A stretch of DNA of 64,000 nt from Paraspadella gotoi (Eukaryota > Animalia > Chaetognatha). A program made the translations under genes and the position numbers. The notes below the pieces were generated by a model. The model saw nothing but the letters and a program-made list of their open reading frames with translations. It made no database searches and was not told where the DNA came from. This document shows, piece by piece, positions 1 through 12,774 of the stretch; the first letter of the stretch is position 1, and every line of letters begins with the position of its first letter. The DNA is taken from contig CM119268.1 of the NCBI GenBank assembly GCA_051294375.1, forward strand, positions 11,300,605 to 11,364,604, given 5' to 3'.

Positions 1-102
1 CTTCCTGCTATCATTGCTTCAAGGCATATCAAAGTCGATTCTGATAAAATTTGCATATATAAATAGTTAGGGTATTTACTTTTAAATTCATATTTAACAT
101 TT

Positions 103-777
103 AACAAGTTTGAGCAAACAATGTCGGATCTGCCAATGATCATTATCGGTAATTAATTAATTAATAATTAAATAATTCAAGTTAATTAACTAGGCATTTA
201 ATTAATTAATTTGATCCCAAATGTTTGTTTTTAGGTCTTTTCGCCACTAACCACGACAATATCAATGACGATAAGAATAATGCCGATAACGATTGACTTG
301 ATTGATTGACTGATTAATTAATTATTGATTAATTAATTGACTAATTGATTAATTAACTGATTATTTTATTAATTAATACATCTTGTATTTACATTTAATA
401 TAAAAAAAAAAGAAGCATAATCAATTAGTGAAACAGATTTTTTTTGTTTTTCTCATTTAAACTCAATTCCACTCAAACAATTCCATCAAAACTTGATTTC
501 CAGTTTAATCATACTTTTCTACCCACATACAAAATATCAGGTCAATCGCCGCATCCACTCATGAGCAATTGGTTTTCAAATAGTGAAATATATTTGTTTG
601 TTTTTTCCACTCATTTCCATTCGGATGATTCAAAAACTTTGATTTTCTCATAATTTATCATAATTCGATGTTCTGACATGATATAAGTGCCCGACAAGAT
701 TGAGGGGGCGAACCGACGGACCGACAAAGTGAATTATAGAGTCGGGATCTGCTGATAAGCAGATCCGACTAAAAAAA
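103..777 (-). mobile_element. Helentron-associated non-autonomous element (HINE/DINE-1-like), copy 1
   Basis: On the minus strand it starts TTTTTAGTCGGATCTGC with an adjacent inverted copy (GCAGATCCCGACT), followed by a short GTCC/GTCG repeat, an AT-rich interior, a 3' subterminal IR GCAGATCCGACA, a small stem-loop GTTTG-CT-CAAAC and a CTTGTT end. A homologous copy lies at 11344-12072. Confidence 0.8.
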
Positions 778-875
778 CTTTATGGGTTTGCAAATGGCAG
801 CTTTTTTTAGCGGCGGTTTTAGAATTGTCATCAAGTAGATGTATGTTGATAACATCTTTTTGAATAAAGCGATAC

Positions 876-3800
876 CGGGCGGAGATGGAGTCTTTCTCGC
901 GGCTTCCATAATTCCTTCGGGTATCCTGATGATTCCGCCACCCTTGCCCGAGCGCGATGGGTCATTACTCTCCTGCTCTTTAACCTTTCCAGCAGCTCCA
1001 GTGTTAGCGTTAGGAACTGTTGATGAAGCGATTTTTGCTTCTTTGCCGTCTTTCTCTTTTCCCTCGGAAGAAAAGCGAGACTTTTTATCCGACTGAGACC
1101 GATTGCTGTCGTACGAACTGGCCGAGTCCTGGCGACATCGTTGTCGATTTCTATCGCCTGAGAAATAAGCATTTTTCGGTTTAAAATATTTATAAATCAA
1201 GAATTTGGTCCCCCCTTTGGGAACTCAAATGATTCGAACAAAGACGACGACGAATATAATAACGAAGACGACGACGAAGTCTTTGTACTTTGTGACCCGT
1301 AGTGGTCAGTAAGAATAACCTTTCCTAACCAAACAGAATGACCTTGTTATGGCTGACCTTTTCCAGCCAATGTAAATACGTATTTGTTGTTGTTATTTTT
1401 ACCTTTTTGATTTTTACTTACTTATTTTCGTTAATATATGTTTTCTCTTCTCACAAAAAACACGTCTCGAATTTTTCTCTAAATTCTTATTTTTGAGTCA
1501 CCTCACCCCCAAAATATCTGAAAACAGAAAACGTCGAACCTTTCCCTTTGTCTTCCCTACGATCTTCCTTGCTTCTCCGAGGTGATTTGGATTTAGCATC
1601 ATCTTTGGGTTTGACGGGCTCCTGTTTGTCCCGAGGGTTGTTCTCTTGTCTGTCCTTCTGTTTGTTTTCATTTTTGTCGCGAAGTTTTTCTTCGTGTGAC
1701 GGCGTTTCGTTTTGAGGAGAATTAATATCACCAGTATTGGAATCCTCCATTTTAATTTCAAGCTTGCCTTCTTTTTCGAGCTTCAGTTCTTCCTCGTACA
1801 TTTTATCCTAAATAAATTTTTAAATGTTAAATTTTGAATGTAAGAATTTTGTTCGGTCATCCTCATTGACTCACCCTTTCAAAATCTTCTATCTCGGCGC
1901 TCCACGATTCCACAAATTCACGGTCACGCGTGAGAACCTCGAAAGAGCATTCGGACTGACCGGAAGCTTCCTCGCTTACGTCTTCCATGTCGCGGGACCG
2001 TGGTCGACTTGACGACCCGCCACTGTCCGCGTGAGCTTCCTCTTTCAGTCTCGACGCCTCCTCGTCTAACTTTCGCTTCACGTCCCTGACATTAATGGCT
2101 CCGCCGCCTCCTCGGCCTCCGCGTCGGTTCAACGCCGGATTTCGCCCCTGAGGGGCAGGAGGTCCTCTTCGTTCGTCCCTCCGAGGAGCCTCCTTATCTC
2201 GTCTCCGATCCACGTCTCTCTTCTCAAAATCTCTGCCTTCGTCTCGACGTCCGTCGCGCCTTTCCTCCTTTTTCGCTTCTCTCTCCACAGACGGTCGACC
2301 GCGCCTCTCGTCGGTGTATCTCTTTCCGCCAGCCACGCCGCCTCCCGGACCGCAACCGCCGACGCCACTTCCGCCCCAATCCTCCCATCCTTTATCGCTC
2401 CCAGTGCTCGTTGTCCGGTTGCGATGATTATAGCCGAGCCGCCCCTGATCCAAGGAATCTTTCGACGAAGATCCTTTAACCCTGTCCCCTTGCTTAAGCT
2501 TGTCGTGCTGGCTGAAGGTTCTTGTGAGGCTGTTGCTGCCCGACAGCTGGTTTGTTACTTCCATTTTCTCTCTCATACTTTCGCTTCTGTTAATTCCTCC
2601 GTGTGGCGGGCCCTTGTCCCAACTCTCCCCGCGCCCATCTCTTCCATTATGCCTGCCCTTACCACGGCCACTACTGCTTCCGGTGGAATCTTTGTGAAAC
2701 CTTCCCCCCTTCGTCTCCTCTGGGTTTCTTCTTTCTTTTCCCGCATCCACCTCAAAATTTTCCTTGTGTGGTCTCCCGAACTTTTGGGAGTAACCGCCGA
2801 CGCCAGCGTCATCCCGAAGTCCGCGCTGATCGAAGCGATTTCCGGCGGCGGCCGCTCCCGGGTCCCTTGGGTGTGGCCGCTGATGATAATCGTCTCTCTT
2901 ACTTTGATCGTGCGGGGTTTGATGATCATAGTCTTCGTAGTGCTGTTGCCTCCGATCTATTCTGTAAGCATCGTCTCTTCTCTCTCCACCCTCGTTCCGA
3001 ATCTGCCTTGCGCCGCGGAAATGTCGCTCATCTTCCACCGGTGGCGCGTAGAAGTCCCCTCGGTCAGGGCGCGCCTCCTTCTGTCGACCATCTTTAGATG
3101 GATTGTTCCTACGTCCAGAATCTTTCCAAACTTCGCGTTGGTTTTCCTGGGATTGTTGCGACTGATGCGTTTGCGGTTGAAGCGGTTGCGATTGTTGTTG
3201 CTGATGATGATTATTCGCTCGGCCATGATTAAACTTAGGACTTTCCTCTCTGAACTCTGTGTTTCTTCCAACGTTCTTGTTCTGTGAAGGGGGATGCTGC
3301 CTGGATTCACGCTTTCCGCTCCGATGTTCAGCGACGTGGTGTCCTCCCCGATGATCGGCAGGGTGCTGTTGTCCGCTTCTGTGATCCGAGGCGTGATGCG
3401 GTGCACCCCGGTGATTAGTCAGCGGACTTTCGCTTCGATGTCGATCTTCGGCTTTTACTGAATGTGCCTGAAAGGGTGAGATGATGGCAGGCGAATGTTA
3501 TATCCTTATCTACGCTTCACTGATGAGAACAGACGTTAAATCTTTTCGTTCTCGTCTCGATTACTTACCTGCGACGATTTTCCTTTTCCAAATTCGGTTT
3601 CTTCGTGACTGGATCCTGTGTCGCCGGTATCCCCACGAGCTTTTGGAACGTAACGCGGGATATCCGGTCGCTGAGAATTAACATTTTAACCCACTACAAT
3701 GAATAATTTACGAGATAAGTACATATAAGGTAGTAATTACGAAAATAAGAACCTTTGGCTTTGACCCAAAACTGCTAGCATCTGTCAATGAAAGTTCTGT

Positions 3801-4208
3801 GAGTCGCTGTTGTAACGAAGAAACCTCGGACGAATGTTTGGAAGATTTTTGTTCCGCCGGGGCGTGACCAGATCCGCGATCGCCGCTTCCACTCGGAGAA
3901 CCGTCGCCGCGCTTCGACAACTTTGAAACGCCCGCCTGATAAACCTTATTTCAAAAACCATAGTTTTTACCGAATTATCAAATTCGGTAGTATCGAAAAA
4001 TTCCGATACAATACATACCTGCATAACGGGTCTCTGCTTTTTGTTTCCATGATAATATTCATCGCCGTAATCTACATTTCTACCCCTCTGACCTCGATGT
4101 TGGGAAGGAATTTCTCTCCCATGCATCTGAAATTAGTTGGAGTACGGTATCATAATTATGTCATGACGTGACAAATATTGGTATCCTCACCCCTGATGCA
4201 GACGCCAT
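876..4208 (-). CDS. 5' portion of a multi-exon gene encoding a long R/D/G/E/K-rich disordered N-terminus; tentatively SMG6/EST1A-like NMD endonuclease (continues off the left edge)
   Basis: Phase-compatible GT-AG exons: 4208-4191 (MASASG, context accATGg, in-frame stop upstream), 4126-4019, 3935-3753, 3670-3569, 3467-1875 (1593 nt open), 1807-1507 (alternative donor at 1540), 1157-876. Peptides KPKRPDIPRYVPKAR and RPDRGDFYAP resemble EJC-binding motifs, and GKGGGIIRIP resembles the SMG6 GRGILILP motif. No catalytic domain lies inside the window, so gene identity is inferred; the exon structure is better supported than the name. Confidence 0.6.
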
Positions 4209-4839
4209 GGTTTTCCGATGGAGGTCATCCAACCCCCTTTGACGATGATAATATCAGCGAGTATAGCACACATATACAAGAAAAACTTGACCTGGTAAAC
4301 GTTTCGTATTAAAAGAAAAACTGGAAAAGAAATATATCCAGCATTATGCACTCAAATAAAAGAACGAATGGGCGACTCAATAAAAATTTTACTAAGTGAG
4401 AAAATTAAACTGGAGCCACGAGGGTGGTATCCGGAATAAATTGAACGTTTCATGCACAGTTATGGCCAGTACACAAATCCGCGCGGATTTAAACGCTCGT
4501 AATCATCATGACGTCGCGATAACCGCACTGGAATTCCGTTTTTTTCTTTTATGATTTTCACGTCATCGAGGATGAACCGATGATTCTGAGGCGGCGCCGA
4601 AGACTCCAGTGTCCTCTCCGTATTAAGTCCGTCCAACGTTGATGGAGCCATTCGTCGAAAGTCGAAAGTCGTAACGTCCAAATCTTTTTTCCGCCTTTGC
4701 CTGGAGCCCGGAAAATGGGGGCAATGAGATCCGAGGAGGATTACGCAAAGGAGGAGCGAAAGAGAGGGCGAGAGGTCGAGTCGCTGTCGTCTCTCTCTCT
4801 CTCGCGCTCGCGAACAAAAGGTATTGACGATAGCCACAA

Positions 4840-5100
4840 AGTTGGGTACCCGGAATTAACTTATTTAAGGCTATTTTTTAAAATTAAAAATATATATTGT
4901 AGCTAACCGTTAAAACCTGTTCCATTTCAAGATATTTTCGGCGCCGATCCATATTTTTCTGGCGTCATCAACTCAAGTTTTTGCGACGAAGATAGACGAA
5001 GTGTCCACCGTCCGCCAGCGACGAGAACCTCGACTCGAACAAGAGACTTACTCCACACAAAAAAACGCACTGGATTTACCAAAATTAACATTTTCCCTCC
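4840..5100. promoter_or_regulatory. Probable bidirectional promoter region between the SMG6-like gene and TMEM19
   Basis: The divergent start codons are only 1.15 kb apart (4208 on minus, 5359 on plus), with CpG-rich patches flanking an AT-rich core. The exact TSSs cannot be seen. Confidence 0.4.
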
Positions 5101-5358
5101 TGATTTCTGTTGAAAACTTGTATTTCTACTTAAAAGTTAAATTCTACAACGACCCATGCCTCGAATGCTCAACTCTTCGTTTGCTATTTATCTTCTCAAA
5201 ATAGGGGAAAAATCCACATGCTTCGGATTTATTTTCAATGAAAAAATGCCACTTTTTCATTATTAATTAGGACGTTTGATACAAATTTAATTTCGATGAT
5301 AATATTTTTTGGTTTTCATTATCGCATTTTTAGAGGTTTGTTGACTCCGTTTACAAAA

Positions 5359-6751
5359 ATGTTCCCGTCCGCGTATGTTTTCGTTACGACCTCATTAGAA
5401 CTCTTCTATTTAACCTATAAATTCAACATCGCTTTATCGACAATCAACAATTACCGAATTATATTCGCGATTATAGCCCCGGTAATTATGGCATTGCGAG
5501 GAGTCAGGAAAAAAAGCTTAGGTAAGTAGAGCCAAAGGGGTTTTGTTTCTTCTAAAAAGTAAATTACAAAGCGATTTATGCATATGTCATATTAAAAAAA
5601 ATCCTCTATATTTCTCTGGTGTCCAAAACATTGAAATCTCTTCCCATATCCTCAGATTGGTCGGGATGCTTGTCTGGCATCGCTGTCGGATTTTTTCTAA
5701 CCCTACCCAACTTGGCATTCTTTTCCTGTCTTTTTACCACTTTTGTCCTTGGTACCAAAGCAACAAAGTTTCGGTCCTCCTTAAAAAAAGCTTTTGAAGC
5801 GAACTACAAGGAAGGGGGGCAGAGAAACTGGGAGCAGATCTTGAGCAACGTTGCTGTTCCCGCGCAACTTGCTCTGTTGTATCTTAACACTCACGGCCCT
5901 GGAGAACTGGCAATAGATTTCAGAAACGGTACTTCGTTAGATCGATGTTATCACTTATTTTTATCATTTTATCCTTCAAATTTACATCGTTTTTCATTTC
6001 CTATCAGATAAGATTATCAGAAGCTCATTTCTGGCTATGGCGGTTGTCGCCTCGCTCTCCTGCTGTTTTGGGGATACCCTGGCGTCCGAACTCGGCTCCG
6101 TTTTCGGCGGGGAATGTCCGAGGTACATGTTATTGTCAATTGATAAATAATTATTATGGTTTGGTTCGCTTTGCGACTCCCGTTTTTTCGCAGTTGACTT
6201 GATATTGTTTTCAGATTAATAACAACTTTGCAAAAAGTGCCTCGTGGCACAAATGGAGCCGTTTCTTTCCACGGTACTTGCTACAGGTATCTTCATTATC
6301 TGTGCGTACCATATTGCGGTCGGGCCTCCTATTTTTATCAAATTTACTTTCGTCAGTTTCTTGGGAGGCTTGTTGATTGGTCTCTCTTACGCCCTCACCG
6401 TCTCCTGCTGCTTATTCTCATTCTCCATCTTTTCCTTCGCGCAAACCGTTTTCGGCGCTGGATTGGCCGGGCTTTTCGGATCTTTTCTGGGTGAGTTTAT
6501 TTAGTATCCATCTTCCATCCTCCAAAACCCTCTTTATATAAAATTTGAATTCTTTAGATTCTCTCCTGGGAGCGCGGTTGCAATATTCCGGTCTCAGCGA
6601 AAATTCTGGGCAAATAGTGGAACATCCGGGTCCGGAAGTAAAACATCTGAGTGGAATAGATGTGCTCTCCAATCATTCTGTGAACCTCATTTCTTCTGTT
6701 TTAACTGCAGCCGCTGTTCCATCATTAATGTACGTGTTGTTTAAGCCTTGA
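5359..6751 (+). CDS. TMEM19: Transmembrane protein 19 (DUF92 family), 6 exons, complete
   Basis: Exons 5359-5521, 5656-5928, 6008-6122, 6215-6286, 6357-6490 and 6558-6751 splice in phase. The product has the TMEM19 motifs KKSLDWSG, YKEGGQRNWEQ, GDTLASELG, LITTLQKVPRGTNGAVS, GSFLDSLLGA and LSNHSVNL. Confidence 0.95.
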
Positions 6752-8157
6752 AAAGGGGGTTGGAACCAGTTACCAGTATTGATGTACATTTAGGTAATCG
6801 TTCTGTTAGTCTCTGGCTTCTCGCGTTTTATTCGAATATTATATCATTTATGTGCCGTTTCTCATCAGTTATCTATTTTAACTTTTTATGGCTCTCTTGT
6901 TGTCTCTGCTCTTGCTTTACTTATATACTACTTTTTGGTGCTTATAACCTTTCAATCTCATTAATCGCCCAACAGTGTGATTCTGATACAACTTTGACAA
7001 AAAATAAATGACTATGCCTACATACTTTCATTGTTTTTAAATTTCTGTCTTTTGTTTTTGTAAAAGATTAAGGTGATTAGAAATTCTCTGTTTAACAGAA
7101 GCTGGGTAGAATATTTCTTCCAGTTGCCTTCGCTTCTCAAGGGGAACATTTCGCTTGATTTCTATGATTTATCTCTCCTTCAGAAGCCTTGGGAGCCTTC
7201 GGAGATAGTGCCAGCAAACCTCTTTTCCACCCTTTCTGTGATCTCCTAGTTTGTGGGAAGACGCGAACCGTGACGTTGAGACCCAGAAGAAAAAAGGTCC
7301 CGACCCTTTTTGCCCAAATATTTCCATATTGTTGCTCTGTGCCATGCTCCCTGTCAGTAGCCGTTATCTTTTAAGGCGTATGCGGTATGCCGTATGGGTG
7401 TGACTGGTCCCTTTCTACCTAAATCTAAAAGAAAAGAATACCTAGTACCTAATGCTAGTGAATATTGAAAGTGTTTAAACGCTACAAAGAGCTTTTTTAG
7501 TTATAATAATATTGTTAAAATTGAACTAGAACAACTTTGACAAAAAACAAGTTTGAAAGCTTTTTAGTTTGGTTATGATAACGGAGAGGGATATTTTTTT
7601 TGCTGAGTTTGCATCGACGCCTGAGAGGACGCTTTGATTCTGTCGGATTGCTGAAGATGGTGGTGTGGTGGTGGTGACCGAGAGAAAAGGAGGAAAACAA
7701 GTTCTCCTCCCCCTCGTTCAAAACTTTTGTTTCTGTTCTGACGGGAAGTTTTCAATTTTCAGTCGCATGACAAGGCACGTACGAAGTCTGTTTTGAGTGG
7801 AGCAACCACCGTCATTTTTCAAAAAAAAAAAAACTTGCGTCTTCAGAACTTTACTCTCGATATCATTTCCATGAAGAAATTAAGAATGTGAAAATCGAAA
7901 AAAATTAAAATTAGTAAAATCATTTGAGAGCTACAGTACATAGGACCTTTTTTCTATTGTTTGTTTGTTGATGATAATTGTTTTGAATCAACCTTGTTGT
8001 ATTCGAATAAAATCGCATATATATGAAATTGGTACAACCAATATAAAAATATATATAATAATAATTATAAGTTATATATATATATAACTTTAACCTTGCT
8101 CTCCTCTCTCTCTTTCTCTTTAACTCATAAAAAATTGTTCTAATTCACAAATGCCAA

Positions 8158-8200
8158 GCGCTGAAGAAGGCTCGAATTTTGTGAGCCGAAACATGTCTGC
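8158..8200 (+). ncRNA. Putative minimal type I hammerhead ribozyme (Penelope-like element LTR remnant)
   Basis: gcg-CTGAAGA-a-GGCTC-gaattttgt-GAGCC-GAA-ACATGT-C-tgc: CUGANGA and GAAA cores, 5-bp stem II, palindromic stem III (ACATGT) and a GUC cleavage triplet, followed by AATAAA. Stem I is only 3 bp. Confidence 0.6.
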
Positions 8201-11200
8201 ATCTTATTAAATAAAATAGTTGTACAAAATTAAAAACTTTGCTAATAATATTATTATAAAATAAAAAAAATTCAAAATAATTTTTTTGAAATTTTTATTA
8301 TAGATTCAGATTCCTCATAAAATGTTGGAGCAAAAATATAAAACATTATCAAAAATTTCGTTGTTTTCAATACCGAATTTGGAAAAATTCTTTACTTTAT
8401 ACTCTGGATTTATTATGAGATAATACTTTTTTCATTTTTCGTTGTTTTAATATTAAAATATGATATAATATATTTTATAAAAGTTTCTCATTTTTTTCCA
8501 AATTTGTTATTTAAGTTAAAAAAAATATTTTAAAATTTTATTAGTTTACAAGAATATTACTAGTTTATTACTACAAAGAAAATATTATACTAAAAAAAAA
8601 TATTGTTAACTCGCTTAATCTTTTTATCACTCCACCCTAATATATAAAATATAGTCAAGATTTTCACGTTCAATTTTTTTCTTATTTCTTTATCTTTTTT
8701 TCCAGTGCAGAATAAACACAACCAACAATCAATTATTGATCGCGTTCTCGCCTCAGACAAAAAGTGACCAGCCTCACAAAACTAAAAGGGCGAGTCGAAA
8801 AAGAGAAAAACAGCTCCGAGATTCGGTGTGGATCTTGCGTGAGGAGGAATTTCGAGACAGCGCCTTCGGAAATCAAAGGATTTTTTTTTTCAGACTTTTT
8901 CGCTGGATTTTCACGCGTCTACGATCCGTGAATTCGAATCTTCCTTGTTTGACTTAGTATTTTTTCCCCTTGTTAATAGAAAAAAGAAAGGAGCTAAAGG
9001 ATTGAATGACTAGGAACATTTCCTCGATCTCAAGCGAGAAATATTGGCACTGGACTGCTTTTGGCTGAGACCGCGTCGTTTTATGCATAAAACGGAAAGT
9101 TTTACCGCGCGCTTTTCAGGCTACTTTCTCGTTTCTTGGCAGGCCTTGCGTCAGGGAACCTGCCGAGAGGAAGGGGAAAACGGTTGAAACTTTAAATGGC
9201 AATTCACTCCTTTGTCCCGTCAGAGAAAATTTCCTTGGATTGTGACCTTTCGTGATCAAAAACGGAATTAAATACTATTGGATTTAAACTGTGTAACTGT
9301 GTAAATAAGGAAAGGAAAAGAATAAATGGATGAGGCTTTAAATGAGAAGCGAAAAAAGTACTTGCAGCTAGATCGGGAAAGGCACTAAAAAATATAAAGA
9401 ATCTAAAACTAAAAGAGATAAGATTTTACGAGGGAAACATTCGATTCGTTAGATAGAGAGTGAGAGAAGAAGAGAATGATATGAGCAGACAGAGATACTG
9501 CGAGAACGTGGAAACTCGAGAGCGGGACAAATGGAGTAGTTGAGATGGTTGAGACGAAAGAAATTCCTGGCTTCACAAAGTTCCAAACAAGTCCGGCACG
9601 GCGCAACCGAAGCCCATTGTGTTCGAGTGTCAATGACTAATAGTCCCGAATAGAATAAAGCAATACACAATCTTGGTGCCACAACAACCGTTCTTTCTTC
9701 CAGTCGTCGTCGTCATCGATGATTTATTCCAAAGTATTTCTCCATTTCTTGTCCTCGAAGTCGTAAAGCGAGTCGGTTTCGCCGAAAGTCGATAGGAGCG
9801 AACGTGATGTAAATTGTAAGTCGTGTAATGTTTTTCGTCGGTGGAGATTTTTTCTTTGTCTTTACAGTTTACTATAGATTGTTTCGATTTAAACCTCAAG
9901 TATTCATGGACTTTCCTCCCATCCGAAAACCTATGGCCACTGCCTCACTTCATTTGCCATTCTCAAAACAAAAGGCTCTAACCTGTCGAGCGTCGGGTCC
10001 ATTGGGTGAAGAAAACAAAGGAATCCGTGATACTGGCTCTTGGCTGCTCCACTTTTGTACCTCCCGACCCCCTTCCCCATTTACGCGCACGACCACCATT
10101 TTTGAATCTACTATTTCCATTACGTCTTTTTTTAAGTTTATCTTGTTCTTTCATATATTAAAAGTGAAAAGAATAGGAAAAGAAAGTTATAGGAGGAAAA
10201 GAATAAAGTTTTCAGATTTGAGGGAGGATGGCGCTCATGGACCGATCATTAGCGCAGACAGAGGAGAGAGGAACGAAAGGAAAGAAAGAAAGTCATCCGA
10301 ATCCCGATAATTAATTCTGTAATCTTGTAGGCCTGATTTCCCGTACAATAGAATTTGAATTACGTATAAAAGACAAACGTTTAGAATTTATAAGCGTTAT
10401 TTCCAAACAAATCTAATTTTCGGATCAATTTTTATTCCATCGCTTATGTTTCTTTCAAATAAAATAAACATAATTTAAACTTTATTGTCGTTTTGTGTTT
10501 GTTGTTTTTTGTTTGTTTTTATTTTTTTGTGCGGAGCGTGCGTCGTTTTTAATTCGTATTTCTCGAGTTTTAAATCCAGTGTGCAGTGGTACAACATACT
10601 CCTCTCGCTCTTTTATCTAATTACTCTCAATTTGCGTTTCTTAATGGAGCTCCTGTTCGGCATAACTGAGACGACTTCTGTGTCGTGGACATTGACGAAA
10701 GTAGTTGGCTCTGTAGCCCGGTCGCAGATTTTGGGAGGCGTTTGTCATCAATTTTATTGTCCCGTTGTCATTTTTAGTCGTTTCAATGATAAGAGATTAC
10801 ATAAAAGTAACAGGTACGAAGAAGATGGTAAATGATTGGAACAAGGAATTGTTGTTGTTAGATATTTTGTAACGGTGTGTACCATCGCACGTTCTTTCTC
10901 GGCTATTCATGAATCATTTTTTTTGTGGCTTCGACAACGAAATCTCTCTTTTTATTATTTTCTCATTTTCTTTTTTTTATCTTGCTTGTTCCTTCTCTTT
11001 TTCTACCCGAGTGGAGAACAAACCTATTGCAGGATGTCGAATAATTGCCAATAAAATATACAAAAGAAGAGAAGGAGAGGGAGAGGCTGACAGCAAACCC
11101 GGATGCATTATTTATAGTTTAGTCAATGAGAAACAATCGAATGCAGATTGAAACTTTGAAAGCTGTTATTTTCTGGTTGGAAATAGAACGGAGAAGACGA

Positions 11201-11343
11201 CGCTTCCTTTTCGTTTTGCAGTCAACCGCAACGTCTTGCGAGAGCTTGAGCTTTAGCCTTAGCCTTAGGTAATTTTCTCCACATCTCTCTCACACTTTTT
11301 TTTTTCTTTCACATCCACTTTCATATCGCTCATTTTCTTATAA

Positions 11344-12072
11344 AACAAGTTTGAGCAAACAATGTCGGATCTACTCACGATCATTATCGGTAATTAATTA
11401 ATAATTATTTAATTAATTTAATTAATTTGATCCGAAATGTTTGTTTTGATTGATTAATTGACTGATTAATTAATTATTGATTAATTAATTGACTAATTGA
11501 TTAATTAACTGATTAATTATTTGATTAATTAATACATCTTGCATTTACATTTAAAATAAAATGAAAAAGAAGAATATTCAATTAGTGAAACAGGTTCTTT
11601 GAATTTTCCATTTAAACTCATTTCCACTCAAACGATTCTATCAAAACTTGATTTCCAGTTTAATCACACACTTACCCAAATACAAATTTCAAGTCAATCG
11701 CCCCATCCACTCATGAGTAATTGATGTTCAAATAATGAAATATACTTTTTGGTTTTTTTCCATTTAAACTTGGACGATTTCCATCATATCCAGCTCAATA
11801 ACACACTTCCCTACCCACACACAAAATTTCATTCCAATCCATCCATCCAATCACGAGTAATTGGTGTTTTTTGCTAAGGTCGGTCGGACGGATGGAAGGA
11901 CGGACGGACAGACATACAGACGGACGGACATCGTTTTTTTTGGCATAATTTATCATAATTCGATGTTTTACATGATATAAGTGAATGCCCGACAAGATTG
12001 AGGGGGCGGACCGACGGACTGACAAATTGAATTATAGAGTCGGGATCTGCTGACAGCAGATCCGACTAAAAA
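11344..12072 (-). mobile_element. HINE/DINE-1-like element, copy 2
   Basis: Same termini as copy 1 (aacaagtttgagcaaacaatgtcggatct ... gtcgggatctgctgacagcagatccgactaaaaa). It has a (GACG/GACA)n tract at about 11885-11930 and a second copy of an internal subunit. Confidence 0.8.
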
Positions 12073-12690
12073 TACCAACGTTCCGCTTTGGTTAAGACAT
12101 TGTGAAAATCACATTACGTGATCTTAGACTAATGAATTCCAATAACAAAAGAGAAAAGGAATGAGCGCGGTCGTGATTGTCGCGTGACAGACTCTTGTAC
12201 GGAGAGCGTGTGGTCAATTAAGGAAAAGAGGGTGAAAAGTTAGATTAAAGGAGTAAGAATAGTAGGGGGTAACGAAAGGCAAGACCTAGTGAGAGAAGTA
12301 ATGCAAAGAAAGGAAGAAGAAAAAGGACAGACTAAGAGCGATGGTCGCTAATTGGATGAATCCCAACTCGATTTCCTCGAATCGCTGAATCGTGATTGGC
12401 TCGATTGGGGTTTGACGATGGAGTCGGGAGATTGGAGTTGAGACCACATGGAAGGGAAGATTGTCGCGCAAGGAAATCGTGGAGGGACCAACGGAGGAGA
12501 ATAAATCTCATTATCTTACGTTTATGTATCTATTATATATAAAGACAAACTCAGTTACTGGGAAATTTGATCATAAGTAAATTTTAAATGAGTCTAACTG
12601 GACCATTGATGAAGTAACTTCCTAGAATTTGTATTTTTCATAATAATAGTTGATAATTGATTCTGTCGTGCTTAACAGATGGAAAATGAT

Positions 12691-12774
12691 AAAACAGTAG
12701 ATTTAATAATTTATTCATGATGAAAAAGCACTGTACTTCGAAGTCAGAATAAATTATTAAATCTACTATGTTTT
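12691..12774. repeat. Inverted repeat/hairpin with 21-bp perfect core arms
   Basis: agtagatttaataatttattc ... gaataaattattaaatctact separated by a spacer of about 30 nt. Confidence 0.8.

Noticed and set aside
769-875. 3' end of ORF 769-1200 as the true C-terminus of the left gene
   Set aside because: Composition drops to intron-like after a donor at 875, and the stop falls in the HINE terminus, so the gene more likely splices onward.
2424-3287. 287-aa plus-strand ORF and other ORFs overlapping the large minus-strand exon
   Set aside because: Antisense or alternate-frame shadows of a GC-rich low-complexity exon, with no independent splice or motif support.
3520-3560. CTGATGA followed by a hairpin (hammerhead-like)
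   Set aside because: Lacks the GAAA core after the stem.
9409-11151. Cluster of short ORFs suggesting another gene
   Set aside because: No recognisable domain and no phase-consistent exon chain could be built.
11222-11268. Small AG...GT-bounded exon-like segment
   Set aside because: No partner exons identified; such signals arise by chance.
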